From: Thermoplasmatota archaeon
GTDB lineage: Archaea > Thermoplasmatota > Penumbrarchaeia > Penumbrarchaeales > Penumbrarchaeaceae
DNA: 64,000 bases
Direction of reading: 5' to 3'
Assembly: GCA_965234725.1 (NCBI GenBank)
Contig: CBDDUX010000007.1
Location: 32,001-96,000, forward strand
Below the pieces are notes generated by a model that was not told the DNA's origin, searched no databases, and was given only the letters and a program-made list of their open reading frames with translations. This document shows positions 49,798-59,200 of the stretch, in pieces; position 1 is the first letter of the stretch; every line of letters begins with the position of its first letter. The position numbers and the translations under genes are program-made.

Positions 49798-51516
49798 ATG
49801 AAGGTCCTAGGGATAGAATCCACAGCTCATACCTTCGGTGCAGGTGTTGTGGAGGACGGAAAGGTCCTCTCCAACGTGAGGGATATGTATGTTCCCATGG
49901 AGGGAGGTATCCACCCCAGGGAAGCCGCGGACCATCATGTGGAAAAAGGCACCTCTGTGGTCCGGATGGCGCTAATGGAGGCAAACGTCAATGAGAGCGA
50001 ACTGGACCTGATATCGTTCTCCAGAGGGCCTGGCTTAGGGCCTTGCCTGAGGGTTGGTGCGACCATAGCCAGGGTACTATCCATCAAGAATGGGATCCCC
50101 ATCGTTGGTGTCAACCACTGCGTTGCACATCTTGAGATAGGAAGATCCCTTGGAGCAAAGGACCCGGTGCTCCTTTATGCATCAGGGGGAAACACCCAGA
50201 TAATTGCGCATGTCAAGGGAAGATACCGGGTCCTTGGTGAGACCCTCGATATTGGTATCGGAAACATGCTTGACAAGATCGGAAGGGAGCTTGGGATACC
50301 CTTCCCCGCTGGACCGAAGATCGAGAAACTTGCTCGCGGAGAGACGGTCCCGGGTGTTTGGGATAAGGAGGATACTGAGGTAAAGTTCATAGAACTGCCT
50401 TATTCGGTGAAGGGTATGGATGTCTCCTTCTCAGGTGTGATGACAGCTGCCCTTTCTCTGAGGGATAAAGGTGTGGACATCCCATCCATTTGCCACTCCA
50501 TCCAGGAGACATGCTTCTCCATGCTATGCGAGGTTTCGGAAAGGGCCATGGCACATCTCGGTTCTGACGAACTGCTCTTGGGAGGCGGAGTCGTTTGTAA
50601 TTCCAGGCTGCAGGAAATGGCAGGGATAATGGCCAGAGAAAGAGGGGGCAGAAGCTTCGCACCTCCAATGGACCTTGCAGTTGATAATGGAGCCATGATA
50701 GCTTATCTCGGGGAGACAATGCACAGAGCGGGCATCTCCCATTCACTTGAAGAAACGGTCATTGACCAGAGGTTCAGAACGGATCAGGTAGATGTCATCT
50801 GGAAAGATGACAAGGTCCTTACTCGGATCACGACCCCGGGGACCGTTGACCTCGATCTTGGAGAGGTCCCACCGGATGGAACCATCCTTGGAAAGGGGGC
50901 TGAGGCCGTGATCACCTCAATGGATTTTGGCGGGATACCTTCTGTCGAGAAGAAGAGGAAGCCAAAAGGATACAGGATCCCCGAATTGGACAGTCTCCTG
51001 ACCTCCAGAAGGACCAGAAAGGAGGCAAAGATGTTGATGTCAATGAGGGATATCGGGATCAGGACCCCTTATCTTCTGGATATCGATCCTGAGGCTGGCC
51101 GCCTCGTCCTCGAGATGATCAGGGGACCAAGGCTTGCCTCATGCCTGAACGTCCTGTCACCTGTCCAACAGGGATCCGCGATGAGGAAAATGGGTGAGAT
51201 CCTGGGCAGACTGCATGGAGCAGGTTACGTCCATGGTGATATGACAACATCCAATTTCCTGATCTCATCAATGGTCGAAGACAATATCGACCTCTGCCTC
51301 ATCGACACATCATTATCCGACAGGACAGAAGAATTGGAGAGAAAGGGAGTTGACATCAGGTTGTTCACAGAGGTCTTCTCATCGACCCATCCACAACTGA
51401 TGGACATAGAGGATCTCTTCTTGGAAGGATATATCAAGTCCAATCCAGGATCTCATGAGGTTCTGAAGAAGGTAGAGGAGATCAATTCCAGAGGCAGATA
51501 CATGTCACAGGTTTGA
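49798..51516 (+). CDS. kae1: Bifunctional Kae1 (t6A synthase) / Bud32 kinase
   Basis: GIESTAH, GIHPREAADHH, GPGLGPCL, VNHCVAHLE, DNGAMIA; kinase GAEA, HGDMTTSN, RGRY. Confidence 0.96.
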   Translation: MKVLGIESTAHTFGAGVVEDGKVLSNVRDMYVPMEGGIHPREAADHHVEKGTSVVRMALMEANVNESELDLISFSRGPGLGPCLRVGATIARVLSIKNGIPIVGVNHCVAHLEIGRSLGAKDPVLLYASGGNTQIIAHVKGRYRVLGETLDIGIGNMLDKIGRELGIPFPAGPKIEKLARGETVPGVWDKEDTEVKFIELPYSVKGMDVSFSGVMTAALSLRDKGVDIPSICHSIQETCFSMLCEVSERAMAHLGSDELLLGGGVVCNSRLQEMAGIMARERGGRSFAPPMDLAVDNGAMIAYLGETMHRAGISHSLEETVIDQRFRTDQVDVIWKDDKVLTRITTPGTVDLDLGEVPPDGTILGKGAEAVITSMDFGGIPSVEKKRKPKGYRIPELDSLLTSRRTRKEAKMLMSMRDIGIRTPYLLDIDPEAGRLVLEMIRGPRLASCLNVLSPVQQGSAMRKMGEILGRLHGAGYVHGDMTTSNFLISSMVEDNIDLCLIDTSLSDRTEELERKGVDIRLFTEVFSSTHPQLMDIEDLFLEGYIKSNPGSHEVLKKVEEINSRGRYMSQV

Positions 51517-51537
51517 AAATCACAGGAGTGAAGGGAA

Positions 51538-52098
51538 ATGAAGATATCATTCATAACGGGAAATACAGGAAAGATCAGGGAAATTTCCCGCTTTCTTTCG
51601 GGCTTGGACATAGAAATGATCATGGAAGAGGGACCGTTCATAGAGATACAGGCTGACTCTCTGGAAGAGGTCGTAACGACCGGTATGGAGCTACTTACGA
51701 AGGACAGGAAGTTTGATGGACCACTGATAAAAGAGGACAGCGGATTGTTCATTTCCTCCCTGAATGGTTTTCCCGGTGTCTATTCGGCATATGTACAGAA
51801 AACCATTGGCAATAAGGGGATCCTCTCCTTGATGAAGGATGAAAGAAAGAGGGATGCCGTATTCAGAACGGTCATAGGGCTCATGATACCCGGAGAAGGA
51901 CTTTCACTTTTCAGAGGAGAATGCAAGGGAACCATTGCATTTGAGGAGAGGGGGAGACAGGGTTTCGGTTATGATCCCATATTCATTCCTCAAGGAGAAG
52001 AGCTGACATTTGCAGAGATGAGTTTGGATGAAAAGAACGGGATAAGCCACAGGACAATGGCCGTTCAAAGAATGGTGGAGTTCCTGAAGAAGAGGTGA
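51538..52098 (+). CDS. rdgB: Non-canonical purine NTP pyrophosphatase (HAM1/RdgB)
   Basis: TGNTGK, EDSGL, GFPGVYS, GFGYDPIF, KNGISHR. Confidence 0.95.
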   Translation: MKISFITGNTGKIREISRFLSGLDIEMIMEEGPFIEIQADSLEEVVTTGMELLTKDRKFDGPLIKEDSGLFISSLNGFPGVYSAYVQKTIGNKGILSLMKDERKRDAVFRTVIGLMIPGEGLSLFRGECKGTIAFEERGRQGFGYDPIFIPQGEELTFAEMSLDEKNGISHRTMAVQRMVEFLKKR

Positions 52099-52410
52099 TC
52101 ATGGTATCTCGCAGTTCAGAAGGACCTGAAGTATGCCCTCCTTCACCTGTTCTGCCGATTCATGCGTCTCTTCGATGTGGACCCTTTCCTTATGTGCCTT
52201 CAACTGGTCCATTATCTCGTTGAAACAGACAACCTCGGACCGGGTCACACGTCTTACCGGAACCCTCTCAAGGGCAATGTCGTCCACCTCTATGTCATAT
52301 TTCAGGTGGCAGAAGTTCAGGACCGCGTCATCCTCACCGGTAAAGAACCCCAATGTCCTATGGGTGGAGGTCTGGTAGGTCCTGAATATTGTCAAGGTCC
52401 GTCCTTCCAT
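52099..52410 (-). CDS. Hypothetical protein
   Basis: 103-aa ORF with plausible composition, convergent with rdgB. Confidence 0.55.
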   Translation of the reverse strand: MEGRTLTIFRTYQTSTHRTLGFFTGEDDAVLNFCHLKYDIEVDDIALERVPVRRVTRSEVVCFNEIMDQLKAHKERVHIEETHESAEQVKEGILQVLLNCEIP

Positions 52411-52412
52411 GG

Positions 52413-52493
52413 TATTCCACTGGAGATCAATATATTAAGCGGTAACAGGGGAGGTCCCCGAGAGGACCCCACCCCTCCATTTCCAGTGGAATA
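52413..52493. repeat. Inverted repeat (15 bp, 1 mismatch) enclosing a TATA-like sequence and a GC hairpin
   Basis: tattccactggagat (52413-52427) versus atttccagtggaata (52479-52493). Confidence 0.8.
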
Positions 52494-52606
52494 ATGATCC
52501 AATCGACTTAAGAAACAAGTTAAAAAATTCCATGATCATTATCTACTCAAAGATCGATATTACAGTGGAAACCTTCTTGAAACATGAATCGAATATACTA
52601 ACCGAG

Positions 52607-53941
52607 ATGAGGATAGGGATTTCGGAGATCATTCTCTACCATCTGAAAAATACCAAAGGTGGAAGGATCAATTACTCGGGTCTTGAAAGACTTCCCGCAG
52701 TCCTGGGAAGAAGCAGAAAAACCCTGATGAACAACATAAGTCTCCTCACACGGGAGGGATATCTCGATTCATCAAGGGATCCAGGTAACAAATGGTTATA
52801 TCTAACAGATAAAGGATTGGAAAAATATCAACGCCTTTTTAATGGGCTGGAAGAACTCTACTTTACCAGAGAAAATCACGGCATATCAGAGGACATGAAA
52901 TTATTGGCTGTCCTGAACCGTTTCAGGGATCCTGAATTCGGTACCTTTCTTCTATCCCTGTTCATAGCAAAGAAGGAATTCGACCTGTTATCGACTTTGA
53001 AGGGAGTCGGTCTTATTGAAAATGACACCTCTCCCTTCCTCATTTTTTCGAATACGGGCCATTCACAGAAGGCAAGGGATATCTTCTCATCGGCGTTCTA
53101 CAGATACACCTATCTTGGAGATGCAAATGAATCGAATATTGATTTCGACACACTGGAAGGTGTTCTGGTCCATGCGGAAACACTCCGGCGAAAAGGCGAA
53201 TACGGTAATGCGATGGGGCTGTATGAATCGTTGATCTCAAGGTCGGATCTTTCCCGAAATATATGGTTTCTGGCAAATATCGGGATCGTTCACTGCATCA
53301 AGCGAAAGGGAGATCCACTCGAAGCATTGAAACATCTTGAAATGGTGGAAGGAAAAATCGAGGATCGTCTGAAATTGGCCTATCTCAACGAGGTTAAGGC
53401 CGATATAATGATACTGGTCGGCGATCATGAAGAAGCGGAGAGGTTGTTCAGAAGCAGTGTATCGACTTTCGAACATTACAAACATTCTCTCCTTCTATTC
53501 GTGGGTTACAACAACTGGGGTGTTTTGAGGTACAATTCGGGAAGTTATGAATTGGCGGAAAAGATGTGGAAAAAGGCCCGAATCCATGCAAATGATGCAA
53601 GAAGCGAGCCTGCAAGGGCGATCGTTCTATGCAATCTCTCCTCGATCGACTCATACAACAACCGATTTGAGGATGCAGAGAGGAAACTGAAGAGGGCTGA
53701 GGACATCTATACCAAGAGGAAGGATCTGGAAGGCATCTCACTGGTCGAGTATAACAGGGCAATTTTGTATCTGGAGAAAGGAATGATCGACCATGCCTTT
53801 GATCATTATACAAGGTCATTCAAGATCGCGTATCCTCTTCCTTTCGAGCTCGAAAAAATGGAACGGAAAAAGCAGTTCAATGTAAGGACCATGCGAAAGC
53901 TTTATATCGGGGTCGGCTGCCGTCGGGAAAAACTCGGGTAA
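52607..53941 (+). CDS. Winged-helix plus tetratricopeptide-repeat regulator
   Basis: MarR-like HTH and wing (SRKTLMNNISLLTREGYL...LYLTDKG); TPR helices (KGEYGNAMGLY, NNWGVLRY, CNLSSI, YNRAILYLEKG); start may be 52532. Confidence 0.85.
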   Translation: MRIGISEIILYHLKNTKGGRINYSGLERLPAVLGRSRKTLMNNISLLTREGYLDSSRDPGNKWLYLTDKGLEKYQRLFNGLEELYFTRENHGISEDMKLLAVLNRFRDPEFGTFLLSLFIAKKEFDLLSTLKGVGLIENDTSPFLIFSNTGHSQKARDIFSSAFYRYTYLGDANESNIDFDTLEGVLVHAETLRRKGEYGNAMGLYESLISRSDLSRNIWFLANIGIVHCIKRKGDPLEALKHLEMVEGKIEDRLKLAYLNEVKADIMILVGDHEEAERLFRSSVSTFEHYKHSLLLFVGYNNWGVLRYNSGSYELAEKMWKKARIHANDARSEPARAIVLCNLSSIDSYNNRFEDAERKLKRAEDIYTKRKDLEGISLVEYNRAILYLEKGMIDHAFDHYTRSFKIAYPLPFELEKMERKKQFNVRTMRKLYIGVGCRREKLG

Positions 53942-54560
53942 ACTCAAATAGACTCCCGGGTTGATCGCATCCGGTGAAGGGAAAATGGATAGATACACCG
54001 GCATCATGCTCTCGATCCTAATTTCTGCTGCTTGTATTCTAATAATGTTCGCAAACGATTCGTCCGGGACTCCCGCACAATCCAAAAAAGCGATAATCAT
54101 TGTATCTTCCTCGAACGGTGAAAATCAATATGAGATAGACAAGGCGATCTGTTTCTTGGAATACCTGATCGATGATGGATATGAAGAAGAAGATATCGAT
54201 CTGATATCAGCGGGAGATTCTGAATACATAGATTCCATAGATTCGTTATCAAACATCAACGCATCATTTTCCGATCTGATATCCGAATCCGACGAGGATA
54301 CTGAGGTGGTTGTTTACATCTCGGACAACGGCCACGCTGAAAACGGTTACCCTTCTCTATGGTTCATGGACGGGAATATCTCGGGAATCCAGTTCGATTC
54401 ATGGTTCGATGAGATAACATGTTCCGAATTCACATTCATTATAGGAGGAAACAGGTCCGGAATAATCGGACCGGATGTAGCCGATCCCTCAAGAACAGTG
54501 ATGAGTTCGATGAGGGGAGATCAGGTAGCATTTCCGGATCAGTTCAACATCACCAGGAGC
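53891..54560 (+). repeat. Direct repeat copy 1 (~670 bp: putative promoter plus most of the caspase-like gene)
   Basis: Ungapped match to 60285-60954 (offset 6394); identical tract 54390-54540. Confidence 0.95.
53895..53907 (+). promoter_or_regulatory. Putative BRE/TATA promoter of cassette 1
   Basis: gaaagc-tttatat about 80 nt upstream of ATG 53985; homologous aaaagc-catatat at 60289-60301. Confidence 0.5.
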
Positions 54561-54677
54561 TTGAAGGATCTTTCCGCTGACTCGGACAATGACGGTGTTG
54601 TGAGCTTTGTCGAATCTTTCTGCAAGGAGGTTTTCATTCTCGGAGGAACGGGTCAGGACCCTGTTCTATTCAATTGA
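53985..54677 (+). CDS. Secreted caspase/legumain (clan CD)-like protein lacking catalytic His/Cys, copy 1
   Basis: Signal peptide; KAIIIV, L.DDGY.EEDI.L, VVVYISDNG (for SxHG), FIIGGNRSG (for DxCxSG), ADSDNDGVVS..ESF, QDP.L. Confidence 0.7.
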   Translation: MDRYTGIMLSILISAACILIMFANDSSGTPAQSKKAIIIVSSSNGENQYEIDKAICFLEYLIDDGYEEEDIDLISAGDSEYIDSIDSLSNINASFSDLISESDEDTEVVVYISDNGHAENGYPSLWFMDGNISGIQFDSWFDEITCSEFTFIIGGNRSGIIGPDVADPSRTVMSSMRGDQVAFPDQFNITRSLKDLSADSDNDGVVSFVESFCKEVFILGGTGQDPVLFN

Positions 54678-54717
54678 CAATCCATGATTCATCATGGGAA
54701 AATATGAGGTGAAGAAG

Positions 54718-56073
54718 ATGAAAGGGAAATATGCATTCATTGCACTGGTCCTTGCCGGGATCCTTGTTCTGGTCATACCTGGACAGATTGCGGCATGGAG
54801 AAATACGGGAAGTTATCCGGTAACACTGGATAATTCGAACAACGACTGCAGATATCCTGCCTCGTACAACATTCAGAACATCGATTACGTAACTTGGCAA
54901 CAATGGGATTCATCCAATTCCAATTGGAATATCTATTTCAGTTGGGGTTATGATACAAATTGGGCTCCAGCTGTTCCTTATAAAATTACTAATAATGGTA
55001 TCTGGGGTAACAATGATTATGATAATACTCATCCAGATATCTGTGCCTATTGGGAAGGTCATGATGAGGAATGGCATGCGGTATATATTGCATGGCAATT
55101 CTGGGACCAATCCCGAGGATGTTGGGAAATTGAAACTTGCAGAATAACCATCGATTATTCCGGTGGTGGACTGGGAATGATTTCCTCAATAAATTATGGC
55201 AAAGCAAGTGATAACGATTATGATGATTCAATACTTCCGGCAATTGATTGCAACTGGAATGTATTTCTTGCATGGGAAGATTATCGCAATGATACTGCTG
55301 AGATCTACTTTGATCACTCAATAGATGGATATACATGGTATCATGATACATTCTGGTCGGAGACAAATGGAATTGATCGGATAGCAGATGCCAATGAATT
55401 GGAAGCAAATAGTATGGACCCTTGCATTGCTGTTGAAGATGTTGGTGGATTTAACCCCGATTTCGAACAAGTATGTGTTCTCTGGGAAGAATATGATTCA
55501 GGAACATCACAGATATGGCAGCACACCATTTTCTGGGGACCTGCTGGTAATTACTCTTCATTCTATCAAAGTTGCTGTCAAGTCAACAATGGAATGACGC
55601 AGAATACCGAACTTGATCCTGATATTGAGGATTTCTATGACGAATTCTTATATGTATGGTCAGATGACCGTGATGGCAACTGGGAGATATACGAAGGAAA
55701 GACCTGGTTCAATGTAGCAGCAAATCCAGTAAGCTGGTTCACTCGGAGAGTAACAAATGACATGGATGATGATGAACATCCAGCAATCGACCTGTCGGTG
55801 AATAATTCAGGAGGTCAACCCACAAAGGAAATACTGATATCATGGGATACTGACAGGAGTGGTAACGGTGATATCTATGCATGCAGAGGTATCCAAAATC
55901 TTGGAGCTGCAGATACTCTATACTGTTCTGGGCAGGGATTGAGTGATTCAAGAGTGTCTTTCACGAACAATCTGGATGACTTCTCAGACATCACCACTTA
56001 CAATGGAGTAGGATATTGTGTATGGGAACAAGCCGCCAATCCATGGGATATTCTCTACACAAGAGACCCATGA
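54718..56073 (+). CDS. Secreted Trp/Asp-rich beta-propeller-like protein, no membrane anchor
   Basis: GAGGTGA RBS, signal peptide; repeats of P.I....(V/L).W.D.R.GN.(E/D)IY. Confidence 0.8.
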   Translation: MKGKYAFIALVLAGILVLVIPGQIAAWRNTGSYPVTLDNSNNDCRYPASYNIQNIDYVTWQQWDSSNSNWNIYFSWGYDTNWAPAVPYKITNNGIWGNNDYDNTHPDICAYWEGHDEEWHAVYIAWQFWDQSRGCWEIETCRITIDYSGGGLGMISSINYGKASDNDYDDSILPAIDCNWNVFLAWEDYRNDTAEIYFDHSIDGYTWYHDTFWSETNGIDRIADANELEANSMDPCIAVEDVGGFNPDFEQVCVLWEEYDSGTSQIWQHTIFWGPAGNYSSFYQSCCQVNNGMTQNTELDPDIEDFYDEFLYVWSDDRDGNWEIYEGKTWFNVAANPVSWFTRRVTNDMDDDEHPAIDLSVNNSGGQPTKEILISWDTDRSGNGDIYACRGIQNLGAADTLYCSGQGLSDSRVSFTNNLDDFSDITTYNGVGYCVWEQAANPWDILYTRDP

Positions 56074-56080
56074 TGGCATG

Positions 56081-56130
56081 AATAATAATGATGGGGAAAT
56101 CCTCATTTAAGAGGATTTTCCCATATTATT
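56081..56130 (+). terminator. Intergenic stem-loop
   Basis: atggggaaatcctc-atttaa-gaggattttcccat (14-bp stem, one G-U), flanked by aataat/attatt. Confidence 0.6.
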
Positions 56131-56204
56131 TAATAAACTCATGATACAGGACTGAACCATAATGGTTAATAGACCAATGGAACGATAAAGAGGAGGAGTC
56201 TATT

Positions 56205-59200
56205 ATGGATTTTAGGAAAGCAATGATAATCACATTAATCTTTGTACTGCTTTCTTCGACCATTATAACTTATAATGAAAGCAGCACCGAAAATTCATCA
56301 GAAAATAATGATACCAATGATAATTTTGAGAAAAAACATATAATTTCACCAGCAATATATAATGGAAATATCTATCACATCTCTTTTTCAGGATCAACTT
56401 TTTCCAATCTGACACAAGCCATTGATCATTGTTCCGGTGGAGAAACTCTGATAATTGGAAACGGGACCTACGATGATCGCGTGATAATAACAGTATCCAA
56501 TCTGACTATAATCGGGAATTCAACTTCAAATTGCTTATTCACAAATAACCAATCATTCACTTCAAACATAAACGTGTCCGCCAACAACTTCACGATAATG
56601 AATATCGGATTTCTAACAAGCAATCACAACACGACATCGATCAGGTTCGGGGGAAATGATCTGAATATCTCCCACTGTTACTTCAATGGGACAGGTTACT
56701 TCATCTCACAGGTGAATTTGTCCTCATATTCAAGAAGGATAGATATCTTCGATTGTGAATTTCATCTGGATGGTTATTACTGCAAGTCTATATATGATAA
56801 TTCTCCAAGTTTTAATATGCATATATCCAAATCATCTTTCGATTTATACGGATTCTTTTCAAGTGGTTATTATGGAATAAATACATCAAAATTATTTATT
56901 GATGGCAATATCTTCAGAATCGAAACCTATATTACTCAAGACACTGGTGCATACAAATACAATCAAGTCGGTATTTATTTTATCCAAGGAATAGATATTT
57001 TAATACGAGATAATTATTTCTACGGGTGGGGTAGTGCTGCGACACCATCAGGGATAAGAACTGATTACAATTCTCTTTCTCGTATATATGGATATGAATA
57101 TAAAATATTCAATTGTTCAATTGTCAATAATTTTTTCAAGGGAAACAGGAAGTTTACAAGTGCTTTGATATCTTATTGTGTAGGTGTAATTATTTATAAA
57201 AATAATGCTGTAAGCATAAATAGTATTAGGGTGTATTATTCAATTAACATTTCTGTTCATCATAATATTGAAGGAGACTATCAAACCCTTCATTCAAAAA
57301 ATATTACAATGTATAGCAATAATATAACAATTAGCACAAGCAGATTATTAGCTTGGGGTGAACATATCTCCATTCATGATAATCAAGCTTACCGGATCGA
57401 AGCCATGGGTGAAGATATTCAGATTTATGATAATACATTTTTAAGACATGGAATCTGGGTAAGTGATGGACACAATGTTTCTATCCAAAATAATGAACTT
57501 CAATTCTCTGCGGGAAGGACTGGAGGTGTACAAGGGGCTATTGAGTTGTGGGGAAAGACGTGGACAGATGAACCAATGTTTATTCATTCGAATATTACAA
57601 TCAGAAATAATACAATAAATGCCAAGGGAGATCTGGTATTCACAGAATCAGTAGTCGATGGATTCGGATGTGCAGGTGTATTTCTTCAGGATATCAACGG
57701 TTTGACAATGGTTGATAATGAAATTAATTGCAGGGGAAGGACCGCAGAAGGGTGTCTCTTCACTCATGTTACAAACACTAACATACAAAATAATTCTATA
57801 AAAGTGAACGGCAATTATTCTGTTGGTGTTAACATTGGAATACATGTTGAATGGGGGAATCGTATCAATTACGGACTGACCATGTATGACAACGAGATCG
57901 TGATGGAAGGGAACAGTACAACGGCATTCAGGTTCCAGCAGAGAGTGTATGCCAATGATCTCTTCGATAACAGGGTCATTATCAACGGCGGATTCGGTCA
58001 GAAAGTGGTGGCCGCAAAGGATGATGTTACACAATCGATTTCTTTTTCGGAAGTTATAATGAACAATACTCAAGGTTTGGAAGCTGAACTCAGTGAGGAT
58101 TCGAGGCTCACTGTGATCGGAGCTCCCATCACGAATGCAACCGTTTCAAGCGATTCAAAACTGGACCTCTATCAGAACCTTGAGGTCGGAGCTAAAGATG
58201 TTTATGGAAACATCCTGGATTATGCAGACATCAAGGTCCTGAATGAAGATGATGAATACTCCACACCTGGATATGGAGGAGAGGAACCATATCCCGGAGA
58301 ACAGGGATACATAGGTCCTTTCATCGTTCATGATAGGATATTCAACGGGAAGAATTCCGCGGATATCTTCGAAACCAACTTATCAGCAAAGTATGAGGGA
58401 GATGTTCCCTGGGAAGAATCGGTATCGATCAACATTCACGAAAACACAAGATACATATTCGAGGTTCCTGATCTGAACCAGCCTTCTATACCCAAAGGGT
58501 TGACAGGGATACCTATAGTAGGAACACAGAACATTCTGTTGGAATGGGAACCGCTTCCAAAGGATTGTCTCAATTACCAACTGGAATACAGGATCGGAGG
58601 AAGCTGGCAGGCACTTGGAACGGTACCCCATCCTGACAAATCATTCGTTCATCTCGATCTTGACCAGGACACAACAGTTCAATATCAAATCAGAGCCTAC
58701 AACGGTCATCTTTTTTCTGATTGGAGCAAGAAAATTACTGTTGTATCAGGTGATATCACACCTCCATCACAGGCGAAAGGACTGAACATCACATTTGTGG
58801 GATATGATTGGATAGGCATCTCATGGAACCCCAGTCTGGACCCCGATGTTGTGAATGTCAGCATCCAGGCAAGAGAGAAGGGAACAGGAACAATTCGAAA
58901 TGAAACAGTGATCGATTCCAGCGAGTATTCTGCAATAATAGGAGGACTGGAACCAGAACATAATTACGAGATGGTGATCAGGTTCATTGACGATGCCGGA
59001 TTATTCTCCATGTCATCTGTCCTGGATGCGAGAACGGATTTCATGAGAGGAAAATTGATAGTTCATGTCACATTCGCCGAAGGATCGATCTGGGATGGAT
59101 ACGGTTCTTCCCTGAAGGTGACATTGACGGGGGTGAATCATACCCAACCCTCTGCAAAAACCGATCAGTTCGGGACATGTACATTTGAAGGTCTTCACAT

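Noticed and set aside
42675-51516. PPAT-NTPase and Kae1-Bud32 fusions as novelties
   Set aside because: Both are known fusions in Thermoplasmata and other euryarchaea; useful only as taxonomic hints.
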